A stretch of DNA of 64,000 bases, taken from positions 1 through 64,000 of IMG/VR virus record IMGVR_UViG_3300035665_000001; one strand, 5' to 3'. Position 1 is the stretch's first letter, and each line of letters opens with the position of its first letter. Positions 19,515 to 28,652 of the stretch are shown here, piece by piece. Made by a program: the position numbers and the translations under genes. Below the pieces are notes generated by a model. That model was not told the origin of the DNA, did not search any database, and was given only the letters and a program-made list of their open reading frames with translations.

Positions 19515-20135
19515 TCACACCAATTTTCTTAACGCTTTTAATGCAGCTAATTCAACTTCTGACGGTTTACCAGATGCAAGTTTATCCTGAATTTCAGAAA
19601 TCAATGGCAGAATACCTACTCCAGCCTTAGATGTTTCGATATTTGAATCTTCTTCATCTTCATCATCAAGAGAAAGTTCGTCACTGTTATCTTCATCGTC
19701 TAATGACAATTCATCTGTATCTGTATCATCCAGAGAAAGTTCGTCACCATTATCTTCATCGTCTAGTGATAATTCATCTGTATCTGTATCTGTACCTGTA
19801 TCATCAAGAGAAAGTTCGTCACCACCATCTTCACCATCGAGCGTTAATTCATCATCTTCATCATCGAGAGAAAGTTCATCACTGTTATCTGCATCATCGA
19901 GTGTTAATTCATCATCTTCTACAGGGGCTTCATCATCTAACGTTAATTCCGCTTCCTTTAACTTATCATCCAAATAAGCTGCATTTTCAGCGGCATTTCG
20001 TAAAATCCACATATCATATTCAGTTAACAACGAAATACCATAATTTTGAATATTAACTGCCTCAACCAAAGCAACTCGTTGACTCTCTGCGGTGTTTTTC
20101 ATTTCTTTTAAAACATCAATCCTTTTCATATTCAA
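19515..20135 (-). CDS. Highly acidic protein with EL(S/T)LDD repeats, probable late head/scaffold-type protein
   Basis: About 8 copies of EL[ST]LD[DG]; TATAAATA at 20159-20166. Confidence 0.75.
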   Translation of the reverse strand: MNMKRIDVLKEMKNTAESQRVALVEAVNIQNYGISLLTEYDMWILRNAAENAAYLDDKLKEAELTLDDEAPVEDDELTLDDADNSDELSLDDEDDELTLDGEDGGDELSLDDTGTDTDTDELSLDDEDNGDELSLDDTDTDELSLDDEDNSDELSLDDEDEEDSNIETSKAGVGILPLISEIQDKLASGKPSEVELAALKALRKLV

Positions 20136-20176
20136 ACCTTTTAAATTTAATTTATACTTATTTATAGTTGTTTAAA

Positions 20177-20749
20177 TTATTGTTTAAAAATAATACATGA
20201 CCAAACGTAAGTATCTCGATCCGATCCATGCAATATCTCAGGTTTATCAGACAATTTTAATATTGTGTTTCTTGGTAACAAATATTCACTTTCATCCCTC
20301 TCAAGGGACTTTTTGGAAATATTAGATGCAAATTGTCCTTTTTTTGCATTAATTTCGAGAATATGTGCGGATTCTGCTTTTGATACACCATGTGTATCAA
20401 ATACATCCTTTCTAGCGGCTTGTCTATCTGCAAATTTTTGTGCAATCCCGTATTTCGTAGATGTTGACATATACGCAGGTATATGCATAGTATCATCACC
20501 AGACATAGTTGTTCTAGGATCATGTCGAATACCCGAATATAACGTGATATTTTTTGGTAATTTTTTTGATACTATTTTGTCAAGTGTAGGTATATGATGA
20601 ACGTCCACAAATTCGGGTATTTCGGTTCCATTTGCATGATGCTTATACAATTCTCTAGAAAGTGGTCGAGATAAATCAGTATAATGCCTTATTTGATCCA
20701 CAACAGTAATTTTTTTAGCTTCATACAACAACATATCAATTAATCGCAT
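20177..20749 (-). CDS. ADP-ribosyltransferase (Alt/VIP2-like)
   Basis: TLYSG...AYMSTS...HILEI...DESEYLLPRN (STS and ExE motifs). Confidence 0.85.
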   Translation of the reverse strand: MRLIDMLLYEAKKITVVDQIRHYTDLSRPLSRELYKHHANGTEIPEFVDVHHIPTLDKIVSKKLPKNITLYSGIRHDPRTTMSGDDTMHIPAYMSTSTKYGIAQKFADRQAARKDVFDTHGVSKAESAHILEINAKKGQFASNISKKSLERDESEYLLPRNTILKLSDKPEILHGSDRDTYVWSCIIFKQ

Positions 20750-20759
20750 AATTTACTCC

Positions 20760-21407
20760 TCAAATCAAAAAACCGTGTTTCTCAAGCATAGTAATATTTT
20801 TCTGTGAAAATTTTGCATAATACTTTTTACCATTAAATTTTACAACTGATAAATTTTCATTCAAAAAAACAATTTCTGACCCATAAGGAATATCATTACA
20901 TATTGGTTTTTCCATTAGCCTATTTTTAAACAATGAAATTTCCACATTTTCGGGTAACATATCAGAAAATAAATCGGTTGATGCAAAATAGGTTGTTCCA
21001 CCATCTTCATCTACAGATTCTACAAGCAAACTAATGGTATCCATTTCTTCTTTTAAAATACAATAATGTGCATCCAAATAACTAAAAACTTTAGAAATGT
21101 CATCATTTATCACTATATCCGCAAATTTTTGTAAGTTTTCATACTTTGATTCCTGTATGCCTTTCATAAACTCAGTATGATTGTTACTATTAAAAATAGC
21201 TGTAACACATTCTAACATACATAAATATGAATCAATACGTGTTTTAAATATATCAAAATTAGTAACTACTGTTTTTTTCTCATCAATTATTCTCTTAGCA
21301 TTCTCTAAAGCTGTTTGGCGTTCATCCTCTAGCAACCGATGTAAACTATTCTCAACAAATTTAGTTTCCTGTATTCCAGCAAGTATTCGCATTTCTTCAG
21401 TTAACAT
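20760..21407 (-). CDS. Hypothetical protein, possible head-associated protein
   Basis: MLTEEMRILAGIQE...LLEDE; several LxE sites. Confidence 0.7.
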   Translation of the reverse strand: MLTEEMRILAGIQETKFVENSLHRLLEDERQTALENAKRIIDEKKTVVTNFDIFKTRIDSYLCMLECVTAIFNSNNHTEFMKGIQESKYENLQKFADIVINDDISKVFSYLDAHYCILKEEMDTISLLVESVDEDGGTTYFASTDLFSDMLPENVEISLFKNRLMEKPICNDIPYGSEIVFLNENLSVVKFNGKKYYAKFSQKNITMLEKHGFLI

Positions 21408-22078
21408 ACTTTATCTCCATATAAATTCTTTAATACCGTAATAAATTTTGGTAAAATTTGAGATAATGGACTTTCCTCATCATAAAAATTATAATCTTTA
21501 AGAGCATCTCGCAAAGTATTTTTATTATTTTTCATCGAATTAGTAGGTTCATCATACAAATCCTTACCAAATTGAATTCCTTTATGTACCATAGGTGCAA
21601 CCACACCATATCGCATTATTTCAACTGTGGTTGGTGTATTTCTCAAACCCTGGACGGGAATTGTCACATCACCTGATAAAAACATTTCATCAATTCTTTT
21701 TCTTAACTGCTCAGGTGTTGTTTTTTCATCAAATTCAAGTGTCAAAACTTTATCAATTATTTTTCCAATATGAGTTTCAGTCAAATAACATAAAATTTGA
21801 GTTGGTATATATTTGGATATTGCGGGAACAATGAATTCTAACAAATTATATTCATTTGTTTTACTTTCATTCAAAATAGGATTTAGAGAAAATTCACCGG
21901 AATTTAAAAGAATTTTTTCATTTTTAGATATTTTTTCGGCAATTTCTAACAAATTGTTAGCTGTAACTTTTGATTTTTCACTAGCTATTGCTAATAAAAT
22001 TTTAACCTGTGCTTCATTCAACCCCAACAATTGAATTTTAGTTAAAATTTCATCATACTCAATAATTTCTACAAACAT
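21401..22078 (-). CDS. Hypothetical late protein
   Basis: ORF with AGGAG SD and late promoter at 22108-22115. Confidence 0.75.
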   Translation of the reverse strand: MFVEIIEYDEILTKIQLLGLNEAQVKILLAIASEKSKVTANNLLEIAEKISKNEKILLNSGEFSLNPILNESKTNEYNLLEFIVPAISKYIPTQILCYLTETHIGKIIDKVLTLEFDEKTTPEQLRKRIDEMFLSGDVTIPVQGLRNTPTTVEIMRYGVVAPMVHKGIQFGKDLYDEPTNSMKNNKNTLRDALKDYNFYDEESPLSQILPKFITVLKNLYGDKVC

Positions 22079-22084
22079 TAAAAC

Positions 22085-22126
22085 TTCTCCTACTTTAATA
22101 ATAAATCTATTTATAAAGTAGGAGAA
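22085..22126 (-). promoter_or_regulatory. RBS-sequestering hairpin with embedded late promoter
   Basis: 13-bp perfect inverted repeat TTCTCCTACTTTA/TAAAGTAGGAGAA; TATAAATA at 22108-22115. Confidence 0.75.
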
Positions 22127-22139
22127 AGTATTTGAATTA

Positions 22140-22874
22140 TTAATTGGCTTTTTTAATCAAGAAATATTGGTATTCTGCAGTATCATTATCTTTAATGATT
22201 CGTGCCAGATTTTGCTTCTCGGAGATTGCAAGTTTAACCCCAGCAGATCCAATTTTTAGAATTGAAATAATACGTTCTAAATCCACTTTAAATGGTTCAT
22301 CCAAAATACCATCATCGACAGTAAATGGTAAATCAATATCTACCACATCCACATCATTAGTTAATTTTAAAGATAACGCATCTTTACTACTTTTTGTAAT
22401 GAATACACTAGCATTGAAAATTGATAAACTCAATTTTTTTAGAATATCCGTGATTGTATCTGCATCCAAAGTTACCTCCAAATCGGCAACAAATCCACTT
22501 AATTTTTTAGGTGTTTCTGGTAACAATGATTTTGCAACATTTTTGTTTTTAATATTAGTATTATCAATTTTAAAATGTGTTTCAATTGCAAGATCCTCAT
22601 CATTTTTCTTAAATTTAACCGAACTTTTTTGAGATGCAGATTCTAAATTAATGATTTGTTTAATAAAATCTAATTGTGAAAATCCCTGTACTGTAGGCAT
22701 ATCAATATCTGGTTTATTTTTATAATTAGCAACAATAATCAATGCTCTTGTAGCTTCATATGCGACAGCCAGTAACTCATTCGAATCTACATCGTGTTCA
22801 ATTTTCACAATTTCAATCATCTTAGAAACTCTAAAATTCTCAATAATGTCATTTAAAAATTCAAAGTATTTCAT
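22140..22874 (-). CDS. Probable DNA polymerase sliding clamp (gp45-like)
   Basis: 244 aa, alpha/beta pattern ending in ..AEYQYFL, next to the gp55-like gene; family resemblance only. Confidence 0.55.
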   Translation of the reverse strand: MKYFEFLNDIIENFRVSKMIEIVKIEHDVDSNELLAVAYEATRALIIVANYKNKPDIDMPTVQGFSQLDFIKQIINLESASQKSSVKFKKNDEDLAIETHFKIDNTNIKNKNVAKSLLPETPKKLSGFVADLEVTLDADTITDILKKLSLSIFNASVFITKSSKDALSLKLTNDVDVVDIDLPFTVDDGILDEPFKVDLERIISILKIGSAGVKLAISEKQNLARIIKDNDTAEYQYFLIKKAN

Positions 22875-22952
22875 TTATTTTACCCTTTTAAGTTTTATGT
22901 TTAAAAAATATTACAGTGTTATAATACTAAATATTACCAAAAATAGAATTGT

Positions 22953-23645
22953 CTAGCAAATATAACCATCCATTTTTTCTCTTTTTCTTCTAATCGATTC
23001 AAAATCGGTGTCAATATCAGTTCTATTATCTAATGCTATTTCAATTGCTTGATCTTTTATTTCTCGATTTTTCTTTTCTTTTTTTAGAATTTGCCTGAAA
23101 GCATTTGTTATGATTTGAGTGAGATAGGAGAATGATGACGATTTTTGTCCGAGTTCATTTGTTTTGGTTATATCAAATTTAGTTATACCTTTGATAGATT
23201 GATAAATTGCTTCTGCTTTCATATCATCTAAATAAGTATAATGTCTAAATTTTGTTTGTGTTGCAACTCGATCAACAGTTAAAACTACAATTTCTCCCAA
23301 TCTACGAGTACAGTATGTTTTTAATGTTGCTGCAGCAATTGATTTTTCCTTCTCAAGATGCATAGAGTTTTTTTCGGGTAAGGTGCTTAATTTAAGTATT
23401 TTCTCATCCCATTCATTTGCCAATTTTTCTAAAAAATTAAATTTATTATTCTGAGCTAATTCAATCTCATATCGCAATTCACTTTCTTTTACATAATGTT
23501 CAGATTGTGGTCGCCCTTTCTTTTTTGGTGATTCATCAACCAAATAATTGGGTTCATCCTCAATTTGAGGATCAATTTCATTATCAAATTGAGAATCTAA
23601 TAGTGATCCATAATCTAATAGGTTTGTGTTGTGTTCGTTATCCAT
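22953..23645 (-). CDS. Late transcription sigma factor (T4 gp55-like)
   Basis: HYVKE...FRHYTYLDDMKAEA...KFD...FSYLTQIITNAFRQILKKEKK matches the gp55 pattern. Confidence 0.88.
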   Translation of the reverse strand: MDNEHNTNLLDYGSLLDSQFDNEIDPQIEDEPNYLVDESPKKKGRPQSEHYVKESELRYEIELAQNNKFNFLEKLANEWDEKILKLSTLPEKNSMHLEKEKSIAAATLKTYCTRRLGEIVVLTVDRVATQTKFRHYTYLDDMKAEAIYQSIKGITKFDITKTNELGQKSSSFSYLTQIITNAFRQILKKEKKNREIKDQAIEIALDNRTDIDTDFESIRRKREKMDGYIC

Positions 23646-23730
23646 GGTTATTATTCCTTTTATTCGTATCTAATATAGCAATTATACAAAAAACTAATAT
23701 ATTAATGGGGTTTAAATCGGTAAATTTTCA

Positions 23731-24243
23731 TCACGAGTCCCAAAAATCTCGATAATCTAACCCAAATTTATAAGGATTAACTTTATTAAGTCCAATAACA
23801 TAAAAAATATAAGATGCCACCCCCGATCCACGCATAAAATATACACCTGCCGATGTTTTATCAAGGTGACGTTTTAATAAAAAAGCCATTTTTAGTAATA
23901 ATTCATTATGATTATGTTTACATATATAGTTAAATTCTTCACGAATGTAATCAGAACTATCAGGAAACTTTTGAATCAATTGTGTAATTTCTTTTTCCAA
24001 ATCAACATAATTTAACAATGAATAGTTAAAAGGTTTAATATTATCACTAAAAACTTTAATTCCATTAGATGATGCATACATTAAATCTCGTTCATCATCT
24101 GAAATATACTCTGCATATGACCCCAACATATCAGACACCTTTTCTAAATTTAAACCAGAATTCATTATAAACGAATTAGAATAAAATAGTTTGTTATGTT
24201 CATCCGAATAAATTAAACCTTCTGCCAATTTTTTCATAACCAT
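23731..24243 (-). CDS. DNA polymerase III alpha (DnaE)-like fragment carrying the RGS motif
   Basis: MRGSGVASYIFYVIGLNKVNPYKFGLDYRDF corresponds to DnaE GRGS.AGSLV.Y.LGIT.VDP....L.FERF. Confidence 0.8.
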   Translation of the reverse strand: MVMKKLAEGLIYSDEHNKLFYSNSFIMNSGLNLEKVSDMLGSYAEYISDDERDLMYASSNGIKVFSDNIKPFNYSLLNYVDLEKEITQLIQKFPDSSDYIREEFNYICKHNHNELLLKMAFLLKRHLDKTSAGVYFMRGSGVASYIFYVIGLNKVNPYKFGLDYRDFWDS

Positions 24244-24271
24244 TTTTAATCCTGTATTTCACACATAATCA

Positions 24272-24679
24272 TTACTTTGCTTGCATCAAATGTAGTAACA
24301 CTAATTCTGGATACTTTTCCTCAAATTCAGAAACCATATTAACAGCAATTAAAAAATTTTGTCTATCAATTTCAGTTAAAGTAGTATGAGTCTTTAAAGT
24401 TCTACCTTTTATATCATTTTCATGTTTATATTCAATATCATGGTATTCCCTTATAAATTTAACCGAAGCATAAATTTTAGCTTCCAATTGAGTATCAAAC
24501 AAATTCGTAGTGGGACAACATAATTTCTTACCAAGAGTGGTTTCAATAAATGCCAACTTATCACTATCTAGAGATTCGGGTGAATGAAATTTTTCTTCTT
24601 GTGGGTTTAGTATTTCATTTAATTTTGTACTTACAAGCCATACTATATCACCATATTTCTTTTCTGTCATATCAATCAT
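24272..24679 (-). CDS. Hypothetical protein
   Basis: ORF in a tightly packed operon. Confidence 0.7.
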   Translation of the reverse strand: MIDMTEKKYGDIVWLVSTKLNEILNPQEEKFHSPESLDSDKLAFIETTLGKKLCCPTTNLFDTQLEAKIYASVKFIREYHDIEYKHENDIKGRTLKTHTTLTEIDRQNFLIAVNMVSEFEEKYPELVLLHLMQAK

Positions 24680-24687
24680 AACTAAAA

Positions 24688-25290
24688 CTATTGTTCCCCC
24701 GAAATCATACTAAAAACTCTATCTGGTCGTTCATCAACAATAATATTTTTTATTTTATTAACTACTTGAGCATCATCATGTATTGCGTTAACAAGGGTAT
24801 AAAGTAAATCTCGATTATTATCTTTTTCTACTAATAAAGTTGCATTTTTCAGTTTTGCCTGATAATAACATGGAGTAATAATAACACCATTAACCATAGT
24901 AATTATAGGTGCTATTTCATCAAACGCAGTTGGGTTTATTTCAATAGTAAAACCATATGGATGTTCTAAAATAACCCAGGCAGTTGATGTTCCATGACGC
25001 AGACTACGAAATTTCCAACCACTTCGATATTTTTCTTCAATAATAAAAGTTCGAATTTTTGATGAAACACGCCAATTTCCACGCCAATTTTCAAATGACA
25101 TAGGTAAACTACCATTCTTATTCAACCGCACCATAAAACCAACATCACCATGAACTTTTAATAAAAACTCATCATCATTTAATTTCTTAATTTTTTTAAT
25201 ATCATCAATATCAATTTCTCTAATATCATCAACTTCTGTTATATCAATCATACTACACCATTTTTTAATTGTTGAATTTTGAAAAATCAT
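24688..25290 (-). CDS. Hypothetical phage protein
   Basis: ORF overlapping the upstream helicase fragment; start uncertain. Confidence 0.7.
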   Translation of the reverse strand: MIFQNSTIKKWCSMIDITEVDDIREIDIDDIKKIKKLNDDEFLLKVHGDVGFMVRLNKNGSLPMSFENWRGNWRVSSKIRTFIIEEKYRSGWKFRSLRHGTSTAWVILEHPYGFTIEINPTAFDEIAPIITMVNGVIITPCYYQAKLKNATLLVEKDNNRDLLYTLVNAIHDDAQVVNKIKNIIVDERPDRVFSMISGEQ

Positions 25291-26410
25291 CTAAATCGAT
25301 GAAACCTTTTTTTATACCATTATCAATAATACGCTCTAATTTACCTTTATAAAACAATTCACTCATTTCAGACTGTTTTAAATCCCATATAACTAAGTTT
25401 TTCTTTGGTCTAGTAACAGCAGTATAAACTACACGTTTTTCCTCATCAATATTATAAAACCCATCCTCTACCTGTTCAAGTATCGAAAAATCATAAATAA
25501 AAATCACGTTATCCCACTGCAACCCTTTAGCCTTATGCACCGTCATCAATTGTACCTTGTGTGCAGATTTTTCTTCTAAGAATTGTGCCTCGAATAACAT
25601 TTCTTCTAACGCCTCCATCCAATTACTTAATCCCTCTCGATTTTTAACCTCATTTAAATCTCTATAAAATCTTTTCAAAGAATGTTCTACTTGTTCAACA
25701 GTTTTAGTAGGAGATTCAATCATTTTCGCAATTTCTGGAATCGCCAAATGAAAACTACCAAATTCCAAATGTTTGTAAATACTACATATTTCTGGTATTT
25801 GTTTAACATCAGAAAACATATTACTAATATCCTGCATACTAGTACATTTGCTTATACCAGAAGCAATTTTCAAAGGGATACCACCCTTAGCCATCTTAAT
25901 AATATCAACAACAATAGATTTATTATATCCATGACTAACTATCGACAGCATATTCATCAGAAATTTTACTTCAGCTCTTTTAAGAATATCAAATTCTGTG
26001 TGTAGATAATATGGAATTTGTAACTTACCCAATATTTTTGCGAGTTGTTTTATAGCCGCATTAGTTCTAGCCAATATACATGTTTGATGTAGTGGTTTAT
26101 CAAGCAACTTTAATTCATCAATAAATTCCTCAGAATCGTAAATATTGTAAACATCACCGGCATGTGTATTGGCGGCTTTTGAAATTTTAGATTCGTCCAA
26201 TGAGTCATTATTAAAATCAATAGTATCAGCAATTTCATTTGCAAGAGAAACAATTTCAGGTGATGATCTAAAATTATAACTTAAAATTTCAACGGTTGGA
26301 TTAAAATCATCTATAAACCTACTCATCAGTTTTGGTTGAGAACCCCGAAACCCATATATGCTCTGTTTTACATCACCCATCATTACCAATTTAGCTTTGT
26401 TTGAATTCAT
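25265..26410 (-). CDS. UvrD/PcrA-like SF1 helicase, C-terminal fragment (motifs III-VI)
   Basis: GDVKQSIYGFRGS (III), NFRSSPEI (IV), ILARTN (IVa), MTVHKAKGLQW (V), EEKRVVYTAVTRPK (VI). Own AAGGA SD 9 nt before the ATG. Confidence 0.9.
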   Translation of the reverse strand: MNSNKAKLVMMGDVKQSIYGFRGSQPKLMSRFIDDFNPTVEILSYNFRSSPEIVSLANEIADTIDFNNDSLDESKISKAANTHAGDVYNIYDSEEFIDELKLLDKPLHQTCILARTNAAIKQLAKILGKLQIPYYLHTEFDILKRAEVKFLMNMLSIVSHGYNKSIVVDIIKMAKGGIPLKIASGISKCTSMQDISNMFSDVKQIPEICSIYKHLEFGSFHLAIPEIAKMIESPTKTVEQVEHSLKRFYRDLNEVKNREGLSNWMEALEEMLFEAQFLEEKSAHKVQLMTVHKAKGLQWDNVIFIYDFSILEQVEDGFYNIDEEKRVVYTAVTRPKKNLVIWDLKQSEMSELFYKGKLERIIDNGIKKGFIDLDDFSKFNN

Positions 26411-27368
26411 AATCTAGTTTCCTTTCGATACTTTCATTGTATTTTATTCGTATTAATTTAATATTTTTTTTACTGCAATAATCATCTTTGAGTTTATCGT
26501 TATCCTGGCGATGTTTTAATTTTTGTTGTTTTTCACACTCAGACAAATCTAATTTTTTAGAAAAAGGATAATATTCGAAATGATGAATACCATCAAATTC
26601 AATTATAATATTTTGTTGTGGTAAATAAAAATCATACCTTAATATTGAATACTTAGATTTTCCTCTTAAATCCGAAAATGTTTTTTCTCTTTCAAATTGA
26701 ATATTATTATTCTCCAAATATTCTCGTATTTTGCGTTCACCATGACTCTTGTCAGTAAAACAATTTGGACATCCTAAACTCCCCAAATGATCCCTACCCT
26801 TTCTTTGAAATTGATAACCACATTTCAAGCATTCAATATCAACATCACTATGTTTTCCCAAATAATTCACATACAAAAAAACATCACCAAATATTTTAAC
26901 AGACTCAAGTAAATAATTATCGAATGATATTCTATTTTTTTTGGAAATTTTAGTATTAACACATCGGTCATTTGGACAACCATGTCCAGAAAGATGATTG
27001 CCAGGTATTTGGTAGAATAACGAATTACATTGTAAACACAAAATCCCAATTTTAGTCAAACTGTTAATATAATTTGAGTCAACATACTCATACATATCAC
27101 CATGAACTTTTTTTGCTTTGTTCACAAACTCTCCAAAAGTGTAGGTGTTATGCTTTGCCAACTGTTTATATTGGCATTGTTTGCAACCATGCCCTTTTTG
27201 ATGACTACTATAATTTTGTTCAAAAACTATATTACAAACCTTACAAAAAATTTTAATTTTTCTTAAATTTTTAGTTGAAAACTCATCAGGCACTAATTCA
27301 TAGGAATACTTTAATTTTTGGTCATTGGAAACCTTTTTCAAAAAATCAACTTTCTTCAATATCAACAC
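26391..27368 (-). CDS. Putative homing endonuclease (zinc-ribbon repeats plus C-terminal PD-(D/E)XK/Vsr-like domain) inserted in the helicase gene
   Basis: Repeated CxxC...H..G.GC modules, KKVHGDMYEY, and SHGERKIREYL...LRYDFYLP..NIIIEFDGIHH. Confidence 0.8.
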   Translation of the reverse strand: MLILKKVDFLKKVSNDQKLKYSYELVPDEFSTKNLRKIKIFCKVCNIVFEQNYSSHQKGHGCKQCQYKQLAKHNTYTFGEFVNKAKKVHGDMYEYVDSNYINSLTKIGILCLQCNSLFYQIPGNHLSGHGCPNDRCVNTKISKKNRISFDNYLLESVKIFGDVFLYVNYLGKHSDVDIECLKCGYQFQRKGRDHLGSLGCPNCFTDKSHGERKIREYLENNNIQFEREKTFSDLRGKSKYSILRYDFYLPQQNIIIEFDGIHHFEYYPFSKKLDLSECEKQQKLKHRQDNDKLKDDYCSKKNIKLIRIKYNESIERKLDYEFKQS

Positions 27369-28074
27369 CAGTAATATTTCTTAAACTAATAAGAAAATGA
27401 TATTGGGCATAATTAAGATCTTGAGCCTCATCAGTAATAATGTATTTTACATTCTGAAAAGTAGCACGAACCCTATCAAAACAATCCGCATCATCCAAAA
27501 CAAAATTAGCCAAGTGAATCATAAAATCAAACATAACCAAATTATTTTTAATCAGATATTCTAGCAATCTAAGAGTTTCATCATCAGTAAAATCCTCCAA
27601 CTGTAAATCTTGCGATACATTACTAATAAATTGTTTGTTAAATGTACCTTTTTCCTTCTTTTTGCCATATTTTTTAAATTCTTCTTCCATAAATGCTTCA
27701 GGAAATTCATGCACTATTGTTGGAACAACGGTATAACCAATATCCTGAAAATAAGGTTTTATCAATTCATTCCAGCAAAAAGAATGAATAGTCGAAATGT
27801 ATTTGAAATCATACTTTTGCTTTTCAAAAAATTTATTAACCCTTTCTTTTAGCTCGTTAGCAGCTTTTCGAGTAAAAGAAAATGCAACAATCTCATTAGG
27901 TTTAACACCTTGATTGATTTTATCACTAATAAATTCTACACATGAAGTTGTTTTTCCTGATCCCGCAGCAGCTAAACATAGTACGTGTTTATCCCTTGTA
28001 GAAGCAAATTGTTGTTGTTCATCAGTTAAATTACTTTTCTTACTCACTGGGTTGCTCCGAATTAATTGTTTCAA
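27346..28074 (-). CDS. UvrD/PcrA-like SF1 helicase, N-terminal fragment (Q motif, I, Ia, II)
   Basis: LTDEQQ, AAAGSGKTT, FSFTRKAANELKER, STIHSFC, ITDEAQDLN..QY. Confidence 0.9.
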   Translation of the reverse strand: MKQLIRSNPVSKKSNLTDEQQQFASTRDKHVLCLAAAGSGKTTSCVEFISDKINQGVKPNEIVAFSFTRKAANELKERVNKFFEKQKYDFKYISTIHSFCWNELIKPYFQDIGYTVVPTIVHEFPEAFMEEEFKKYGKKKEKGTFNKQFISNVSQDLQLEDFTDDETLRLLEYLIKNNLVMFDFMIHLANFVLDDADCFDRVRATFQNVKYIITDEAQDLNYAQYHFLISLRNITGVDIEES

Positions 28075-28153
28075 TTAATCAATTATACTCAATATTTTAG
28101 AAAAAAATATATAAATAGTTTTGATTGTTAATTATACACTAAGGAGTACAAAA

Positions 28154-28402
28154 ATGGCAGAATTGAAAAAAACCCCAATTAGATCAGTTAATGAAGATAT
28201 CATCAGTATGGAATTTGATGTAAATCCAAACATTCCTACTGCAAACTATAGCAATGAAACGGCTGAAAGAATTCAACAAGCAATTGTTAAAAAATTGAGA
28301 GCTGAGAAACTGAAAAAAATGATTGAATCTGAATTAAAACAAGATACAAAAGTTCTTGATGGTGAAAGTTTAGGATTCTCATTCACATTCAATAGTATGT
28401 AA
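28154..28402 (+). CDS. Hypothetical late protein
   Basis: AAGGAG SD before ATG 28154; TATAAATA at 28110-28117. Confidence 0.7.
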   Translation: MAELKKTPIRSVNEDIISMEFDVNPNIPTANYSNETAERIQQAIVKKLRAEKLKKMIESELKQDTKVLDGESLGFSFTFNSM

Positions 28403-28409
28403 GATAAAT

Positions 28410-28652
28410 ATGAATGGCGTAGAAAAGAATGAATTCGATTATATCGAACATAAAAAAATAAATGTAAATAAACAACTGTTTTCTCTAATGAGAACGGATT
28501 ATTTTGAAATAGATACAGTTCTAAAAATATTAAATTTAAAAACATTACCAGTTGAAATTTCTGTAAATAACAATCAGGTCTTCATTAGAGATTTAACAAA
28601 TTATATTGTTTCGACTGATTTTAAACTAAAACCAAATATCAATAAAAAGTAA
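28410..28652 (+). CDS. Hypothetical protein
   Basis: 80-aa ORF following the previous gene. Confidence 0.6.
   Translation: MNGVEKNEFDYIEHKKINVNKQLFSLMRTDYFEIDTVLKILNLKTLPVEISVNNNQVFIRDLTNYIVSTDFKLKPNINKK

Noticed and set aside
19631-20056. His-rich 141-aa plus-strand ORF
   Set aside because: Antisense of the Asp/Glu repeat gene; likewise the many short antisense ORFs within the AAA, fibre, sheath and tape-measure genes.
26396-27366. Group I intron, intein or gene-60-type ribosomal bypass in the helicase
   Set aside because: No P/Q/R/S motifs, no Cys/Ser start or His-Asn end, and no matched take-off/landing codon found. An in-frame TAG lies two codons before the C-part ATG. End-to-end RNA pairing is weak.
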